A stretch of 64,000 nt of DNA from Carpediemonas membranifera BICM. Taxonomy: Eukaryota > Protista > Fornicata. A program made the position numbers and the translations under genes. The notes below the pieces were generated by a model. The model was not told the DNA's origin. It saw only the letters and a program-made list of their open reading frames with translations, and searched no databases. Of this stretch, positions 9,601-18,600 are shown in pieces. Where the stretch lies: positions 371,643 to 435,642 of the forward strand of contig JAHDYR010000006.1 in NCBI GenBank assembly GCA_019828565.1. Direction: 5' to 3'. The stretch's first letter is position 1. The number at the start of each line of letters is the position of its first letter.

Positions 9601-12600
9601 AACAACCCAGAATGTCTCGAAATTGGCGAATTCTGCAGCCAACTGTTGCAGTATGGAGCCGAGGTGGGTCGTCGAGACGAAACTGACGGCAACCGTGGTG
9701 AGCCACTCGTCGCTGACGAGATCGAGGATGGCCTTCATGCGCTTGTGGTACCCCTCGGAGCCAGCAAGCCCGGTGACAGTGAAGACCGGGTTCGCACAAG
9801 TAGGTGCTTCGAAGCCATGGACTGGCTCGAGCAGGATAACGATGCGGCGGTTCACAAGCTTGCTCAGGGTGAAGGGGCAGTCATGCGTGTACCTGATTCC
9901 GTCATATTCCTTCAGGCCCTGGTTGCGAAGGTCAGAACGCGGCCTAGTGATTCCACAGACGCATTCATACGTGAGAGGATGGTCGCTGATGCGTCTGGTA
10001 CCGAATTTGCCAAATTTCCTCTCCATTTGGCAACTACCACTTTTTTTCCAACACTGGTAGTTGGCCGAACCAGCTATAGGGAAGGATATGGACCACAATA
10101 AGCAAGCATTCTGGTTTTTACAGATAAGATATTGTATGTGTGTCCTTTACGGTGTGAGACGGCCCCATCAATCCCGAGAAATACCGCGTGTCCGTTTGCA
10201 AAAAAAAATCAGATGGCGAGAAGAAAGGCGCTCCCACCAAAGCCGCAGCCTGGGGGTATCAGAATACCCATTACGTCCACTGCGGGCAAGACGCCGCCGT
10301 CTGCGCCTTCAAATGATTCTCAGGAGGATTCCTCAAGCGAAGATTCCATCATTGAATCCGTTGTGCATACTCAGGCACTGCATCCGGATCTGGTCGCCGC
10401 GATCTACCCAAAAACTCCCGAGGAGTCGATCAGGGGAGCTTAAAGAGGCCGAGAAGGACCTTCCTCCCCTCGAACCCCCGAGTTGGTTATCCACCCGGCT
10501 GACCCACCCCTCCATTGCCGTTGAGGTGCAGCCTTGTCTGGCTCCCCGACCACACGGACGTGGGTAGAGGCCTCATTGCAACTGCCGCAATTGAGCCCGG
10601 AAAGCTCCTCGGCATTTACGCCGGTAGGATTGTGTCCGACGAGGACTACCACGCGAATAACAGCAACATGGTGTTTGTTCATTGTTCATTATGCCTTTAC
10701 ACAGCATTTCATTCGACGCTAGCAACATTCACGTCGACGCCGGCGAAGGTGAAGGCATTGGTGTACACCTCATCAACCACAGTGAGAGTGACACCAACTG
10801 CCAGTTCACCAACCGTTTGCTCAAGGACCTTCCAGTCCTTGCGGTTGAGTCGACGAACGTCATTCAGGCCGAAGAGTTTCTTCGTATCAGTTACGGCGAG
10901 ATCTTCTTTGATGCGGGTGAGGTCTTAACCATTGCTAGGTTCCCGAGTCTGCCCATTTCTCATCCAAACTATCTCACAAGGTTCCTGGAGCAGTATCCGG
11001 CACTCAAGAAGCGGAAGAAATGAATTAAAATGTCAAAACATCTCTTTTTTTACTCGGGAACTCCACGCTTAACGTCCTCGGCATCAACAACTCTCTTTTC
11101 GCGATCCTTATCGACTGCCTTGCGCTTGATATAAGTCGTATGAGCCTTTCTCTTACCACCCTTTGAACGTTTGCGGACAAATAGCGTCGCATGCTCATCC
11201 TTGACGACCACAATAGCTTGCGCCGCAGCCACATCTTCATCAGATCCACGCCGGACCATGCCGGACTCATAAACTTCCGTCAAATGCATCCGCACAATAT
11301 ACTTGTCATGGTACGTCAACATCTTGACCCAGATAACGACTACAGTCTTGCTCTTCAGAGCTGACCAGGCCATGACACCAAAGTTGCTGTACCAATCAGT
11401 GGCATCGTCGAACATCAGGGTGGGCACGAACACGTTAGACGTCTCAAGCCTCAGCCTCTCGCCAGCATCGGAGAATCCCCAGGCGCGCACCTCCTCCCTC
11501 ACTGCTGCCACTTCCTCTGCCGCAAACTTCTTGTCGAACTCGCCATTCTCAACCTTCTGCAGGCAGTAGCCGATGCACAATCCATCCGGGTTGACTGCAA
11601 TCTTCCGCCAACTCTTACGATCTTTGAGAACTCGCTCGCCTACCTTGTCGTACTCCACGTCGATGTACTTCTGCCTATCAACGTCGCTCCGTAAGTATAT
11701 CTGCATAGGGGGGAACATTGGCAGGCGTCGGAGAGTGCTGTTTGATGATAGCCTTCATCTCTGGCGACAGACCGAGGTCGAGAGGTGGGACCGTTATGAA
11801 CTTCTGGCCCCCGTACCTCATCATGGTGCTATTGATCCGAGTCCATAAGGCTCCAGTCACATTGTTCCTCTGGAACAGTACCATCAAGGCAGCGAGAGGA
11901 ACGTAGCGGTCAAGCTCCACTGTTGCCTCCTCGGCGCGCCTGACAAGCTCAGCCCAGTTGTCCTCGAGTTCATCGGCGAGCGCTTCAAGCCCAGCCTCAC
12001 TCGCGCGTGCCAACTCTGCTTGAGTAAACTGATGGATCGCCTGATCCTCGGCCTTCTGCTGACCTAACTCAGCTTCAAGTCTCTTCTGGGACTCCTCAGA
12101 CTCTCTGTTAGCCTGTTCAAGCGCCTCCCTCGCCTCCCTCTCCTCAGCAAGCCGTTTTATCAAGGGCTCGTACTGCTCCAACAAGCGCACAGACTCAGGG
12201 ACATCATCAAGGCCTGCAATGGTGTCGTCTAGCTGCTGAAGGAGAGAACCAACGGTGTCTGTGTCGTCCACATCAGACTCTACGTCGATGTCTTGATCAG
12301 TCTGGGGCAAAGGAACGCCGTCACCCTGCATGGCGGCCGGTTCAGAGTGGTCATCAGACTCGGACTCGTCAGTGTCGGAAAATTCATCGTGTGTCGTGGA
12401 CTCTGCGTCGACAACCGGAAGCGGCTGAGGGGCAGCAACGACGGCAGAAGGCTTGGTGGCTGCTGCTGAGTGGTCCTGGGCCCGGACTAACTCCTCTTGG
12501 ACCTTCATCAGAGCAGCAGTCGATGAGGCGAGCTCCTTCTCAAGACGAGCGATCTTCCTCTTCAGAGGAGCTGACGGATCGAGCGAACCGATCTTAGCCA

Positions 12601-15600
12601 ACTCCTCGGCCAGCTTCTCTGAGCCAGCGAAGGACAGCTTCTTGCTGAGCTGGGCGTGGGCGATAAACTGGCCAAATTGGCCTGCCGGAACACGAGAATC
12701 GAGTTTCTTCGAGTCCTTGTGGCGCAACACAAGGTGGAATGCGCGGTAAATCTCAACCTGCTTCTCAACAGGGAGCGAGTCGACGCCGACTAGAGCCTTA
12801 TGAACAGATTTGGCGGTGAAGTGGTCACAAAACTTCCGTCGGAATGCCTCAATTGTGTCGGGAGAGTCAAAGTCGACCTCGCAGAGGTAGTTGCGGTTAG
12901 TTGCGTCACATATCGCGCGTAGTTTGGCAACTCCATAGTCGTGAACGTGCTGGCTTAAAGTGCGCTTCAACGGGAACCCGAAAACAACGTTGATCGTACG
13001 AATGCTGATCAGACGGACGCAAACGAAGAACAGAGGGTCATCAGAGACGATGCCGTGATCTTGCAGCCAGGTTATACGGCTCTTTGTGGACGAAAGGGCG
13101 TCGTATGCACGGAATGAATCATCTGTGTAAATAGGACCGTGAAAATGAAAGTGACATACCAGAATCGTCAGGAGCAAGCATTGTCTCCTTCAGTTTGCCG
13201 AGAGAGATGATGTCTTCGTTAACCATTGTCAATTTGGTCCTCAGAAGACTTTCTCGAAAAATGAAATACGTTTTATCTCAATAAATATTGCCAGCTGTCA
13301 TGTAAATACCTCCGATCAGCCATAAAGACCCAAGAGCTACCCCTTGGCCGATTTTCAGCTCATTCTGCACCTGCGCTGTTTTGGCCGTTTTTCGATGGGC
13401 ATCTCATCGCTCCATTTTCGATTTTGTCAATTTGGTCCTCAGAGGACACAGATTAAATTTTTCAGTGTCCTCTGAGGACAACATTGACAGGATTGTAGCT
13501 TATCCAGAACTTGGAGGTGGCCAGAAACTGAAATCGCTGAAAAGCTCAGAGACGTCGTTATATCATCTATAACGGCATCTCTGAGCTTTTGGGCGCACGG
13601 TTTCATCCTGACGTGGAGATCGATGGTGGTGAAAATGAAGAATTGACTAGGAGAGCTCTACGCTTGCATGCAGCCTTCTATTAGGTTGTTGATGTTGGTT
13701 ATATGCTTCTTTTTCGTTCTCGATGCGTGTGGATGAGTATTCTGTTGCAAGATTCATTTTGATGGACTGATGTTGGTTATAGAGGATAAAGGCACCAGAA
13801 TGGATCATATGCATGCTATAAACCCGTTCTGTGCCGTTGGAATACCATAGCTGCGCAGCAATGTCGAGAGTCACAGTTCATTTCACATTTTCACACGCAT
13901 TTTAAGGAAACAACGATGGCAAGAAGTAAACAAGGCAATATACAGGCCACTGAAGCTCAAAAGGAGAGGAGAATGGCTCTTGGCAAGAAAGCGCAGCAAA
14001 AGAGCCAGAGCAAGTCCAACAAGTCCACGAAAACAGCCCGAAAAGCTCACAAGACGCCCATCGAGATCGTTCAGACCTTTATCAGCAATTTCCTCCTTAA
14101 TAATGACGATATTACCCGCGCAAACGGATGGGTTGTCGACTTCAGCCAGAAGTTTGCCGCCGAGGTCCCTAAAATGAAAGTAGCCTCCTTGAAGAAGGAC
14201 AAGCTCTACGGCAATCTCCAGTCGGTCGAAGAGATCAGCCGCAAGTGGCAGGGAGGCGGTGATGAGGACAAGTGTCACCGCTTCAAGGCTCTCCTCAGTC
14301 ATGACGCCCAGACAGATGAGCTGGACACGGACGACCCACTCATCGCGACTGTCCGCGAGATGGATGATGCCTTTCACCGCATTCCCATCGCCTACCGGGC
14401 TAAGGTCCATGCCTTCGCTGCTTCATCGTGCGGTGTGACGGTCGATGACGTCAAGCTCGTCCTGAGCAAGCCTTGCCGTGACCGCGACGCGGATCTCATC
14501 TTCGCCAGACCCACCAGAGTTCTGAAGAAGGAGGCTAAGACACTCAGTCAGCTCACTTCTGTCATTGCCAAGCGGAATGCGGAACGTGCTGAGGCTGAAT
14601 CGCGTGATGTGCTGCGTCGCAAGGTATACCAAGCCATCATGAATTACTACTTAGAGTGTTCGGCACAGGAGCTATAAATTCTTGTTTTATTTTCATTTCA
14701 TTTACACTTCTTCGTCATCCTCAACGGAAATATTCCATTCACTGTCCCAGAAGTTGGCTTTCTTCTCCTTACGCATCTCGGTCCTCGTTTCCTTGATCTC
14801 TTTGACCAGCGTGAAAGAACGAAGGTTGTAATGGCGGATAATCATCAACTTCTGCCTGATGCGGGTGACGTTAGGCCGTTTTGCCGCACGTTCACGGCGC
14901 ACGGACACACGGGTGCGTTCCACGAACGAGTCAACACTCCTCTTGTCGGAAGCAGGCATCCCATGAGCGTGCTGATCAAGTCTATTACCATGGTTGGTCA
15001 CGCGGATCAACGTAGAGCCTTGCATTATCATCCCACAGCACTCTGTCAGGCTCTTGCCGAGGTTGGTCCACTTGTTGGGACCCATCGTGCCCTCCATCGT
15101 GACAATGGCAAGTGGGTTGCCCCCCGTGTCCACCAGCTGCTCGACCTGCGACGGGTCCGATGACTCCTTGAGGCCAAAGGACGCATACATGTCCTGGAGT
15201 CGCTTGTCGCACTGCAGTCGGACGAGTTCTTCGGCAGATGCTATGCTAAGAAGCACCCTCGCGAACCCAAGACCTCTGCAGGAGACGGCTGTCCGTAAGC
15301 CGATGACAAACCGCTCCTGGTGCAGTTGTCCGCTCAGGGTCTGCCCCTCCCTGTACGACTCGCGGAAGAGAAGGCATGCAGCCTTGATGTTGTCCATCTC
15401 AACCCCACGAATTGCGATGAGACTGTGTTAACAAGAAGTGTAGTGGGTCTGACATACATGACGAATGAGTAGTTCAGACAGTCGAGGTTCGAAGTCGCCA
15501 GATCTCTGTTGAAGAAGGCCCTGACAGACGGCAAGAGCTCAGACTTGTCTGAAAGCTTGACATATTGAATATAGGCCTTGTGTTGCGATAAATTCATCGT

Positions 15601-18600
15601 CAGCCATGTCGGAAGTGGCGTTTCCATTGTTTTTCACCAAACAAGTGACGTAATGTGAAAATTGTGAAACTACCAATGTTGAAAAAAAAATTGGTAGTTG
15701 GGGGAAACACACCAAATGGGATGTACTGACCAATAAAACTCCTTTACTCACTGCTCAGCGCGTGCATGACCGCAAATGCAGCAAACAAGCTCCTCACCCA
15801 TGTCTGCCAACTCGCAAACCATCACCCCAGACTCTTCGTCCCATGCCAAAGCCGTATAATCGTTGACGTACTGCCACATCTCGTCAACGAGCTCCTGGAA
15901 GAGGCGCACCACCGCCGCCGTGGCATGGAATTGGTGCCTTGCCTCCATGTGGCTGCGAATGGCGAACCATGAGCGAGCTTGTCTGCAGCATTGGTGGACT
16001 CGGACACGACGAAGCCTGTTCAGCGGGGGGACTGAGTAGTCCTGGCGACCGAACGAGCGAATACCCGTTAAGAACGTGCAGATGAGGGTGGTCTGCTCGG
16101 TCAAACACAGCTTCTCGATCATGGCCGACCTGTGCAACTCGGCTCGGACCTCCTGGTTCTTGATGAACTCTCTCTCAAAGAACTCCTCGAGGAGGTAAAA
16201 AAGAGGAATGCGGAGATGATCGTGAAGAAGAGGCTGGGCAGTGAGCCTGCTGTTGACATAGAGTGTCTGGGCACATGGCTTCTCCGCCTTGTCTGCTTGC
16301 CCAGGAGGGAGCAACGCCAGCTTTGTCTGGTGTGCCTGCAGACTGAGCATGACGTGGAACAGGTGGCACATGGACGCGGCCAAGAAGTGGAATGCGACTT
16401 TGCTGTCGGTGACAGGCTCGGTTGAGTAGTAAAGAGCCTGGAGATAGCCAATGAGTCGCACAATATCTTGGACGGACTCAGGAAGAGCCTCGTAATCCTC
16501 GTTCGTGGTGTTCGCCATGCGAACTCTGGCAGCAGACTGCTCGTTGCACCCGACAGTGCGGTCAATACTGCGGTTGGATGACATGCGCTGGAGCTTGCGC
16601 TTGTCTACGGCAGTTGCGTTCCGATCAGCGGGGAAGCTGGCGCATAGCCGTGCCACTTGCTCGAGCAGGCGGTGCGAGTTGTGCATGATCGGAGGACAAA
16701 AGACAACTCGCTCCGTGTGGATGACTCGGGGCTCTGGCCGGTTCTCGAAGATGGCCCTCTTGTCGGAGAAGTTGCCATACTCCTCTTTCGGGTCCTGCAC
16801 ACGGTCGGGGTCGGCCTGCACGGCGTGGAACGCTGCCTTCTGCTCGAGCAAATCATGCAAGGTGACCCGAGAGTGCGCCGGAATGGGGTGCAGCGCCTTG
16901 TGGTCTCGACGGATGCTGTTGAAGGGCTGGGGATAGTGCCCTCCATTACCCTCGATGCCGGATGACAGCTTCCTGATGGCCGCGTGATCGCCCATGACGA
17001 TGACTTGGTCGAAGGTGGTGACCTGGTCAGTTCCTCTGATCGGTATGAGGGCTTGATAGATCCGCTCGACTTCTTCCTCAACGAGTTGAAGGTTTCCCTC
17101 CTCCGTCAGCTCCTTCTCACCGGCAAGACACTCAACGAGTCGGAAGGGGGGAGTGATGCGGTTAGGGAACGTGAAGCCTGACGGGTCGTAGATGCGGATC
17201 TTGAACGTTGCGGTATGTCCCTTCCATGCGTCGAGCCACAGGAGTAGTTTTAGTGGTTGGAACTCGACATGGCCTGGGTCCTGAAGGGCACGAGAGCAAC
17301 GCTCGAAGTTCGTCTGGTCAGACTCGAGCCACTCCGGGTGAAGCACTGCCTGCTGCAGATAGTACACGCCATCGAACCACACCGTTTCCACCTTGTCCCA
17401 GGTCGAGCTGTTCAGTCGCTTGCCCAGATGGGCGATACCTACACTGCCTTTGAGGGACTGGTAGTGCTGGACAGCGTCGGATTCGCTGTCATAGTGGAGG
17501 GTGAGCGTCGGTCGCTCCCAAGTGTGGTCGGCGACGAGGTCGTGGTCGAAAAACGGAGTCGGCTCGGCTCCGTCGGCTACAGTCAAACGGTTCGTGAGCT
17601 CAAGTCGCGACTGCGTGCCGGACATGGTACGCCGCCATGTTGTATTGCCTGAGACCGACCTGCACGGCACGAGATGCTTGACGAAGGCGCGCTCCTCCTC
17701 AGTGAGGGCCTCTGAGACACCAGATATTCTGGTCATGTCAATGCCAAGGTCCTTAATGAGCACCTCCGCGGTCTTGTTCTTCGAGATCGGCTTTCCAAGC
17801 CGGCGGGAGATGTTGTTGATGAGCTTAAAGAGCTCTTGGGTCGAGTTGAAGCCATTGCGGACGTACATCAGGATCGATGTGAGCTCCATGATCTCAGAAA
17901 AGTTGGCGGAGCGCTCCTCTGAGTCGTTGTAGTCCTGCACAGCACGCTCCTGGATGGCGTGGGTGCGGTAATCGTCCCGTACGAAGACAGGGTGAGGAGG
18001 GTGTTGATTTCCGTGTGCGGTTGCGGCACGTTGGAAGGGACGGGAGTCTGCTGGAGGGCGGAAGAACCTTGCGTCGTGAATGCGCTGGGAGATCAGGTCC
18101 GCCTCCTCCATCTCGCGGACGAGCTGGCAGAATTGCTCGCGCTGAGGTCTTGTTCTGGCGGAGTTGAGGCCAATTCCGACCATGGCGAAGTAGGTACAGC
18201 CAAGAAGGTAATTCATGCGCTCAACTGAGCGTGGCTGGTCATCATATATTGTACCGATGTGGCTCTCGAACACAATATGAGCAACCATGATTTCTGTAGA
18301 GTTTAAAAAAACAAGATTTTTGTACAAAAACTAGGCAGGTACATGCGCAACGGTCTGTGAGATAAATCAGACAATTTGGCTGTTGCTATAGCTCTATAAG
18401 AGCAGCTACAACTGCGCTGCCGGGGTTCCTTCTTCTTCTCTGGCCGTTTCAACACTATTTCACAATTTCACCAGTTTCACACAATTGGTGAAACAATGTT
18501 CAGAACTCCTTCAGTTTATGGACGTTGGCTCCGAAACTAAAGCAGTGTGTGTATGAGAGTGCCTGATTAAGATTCATCTGATTTTCATCTGCATTACTTG

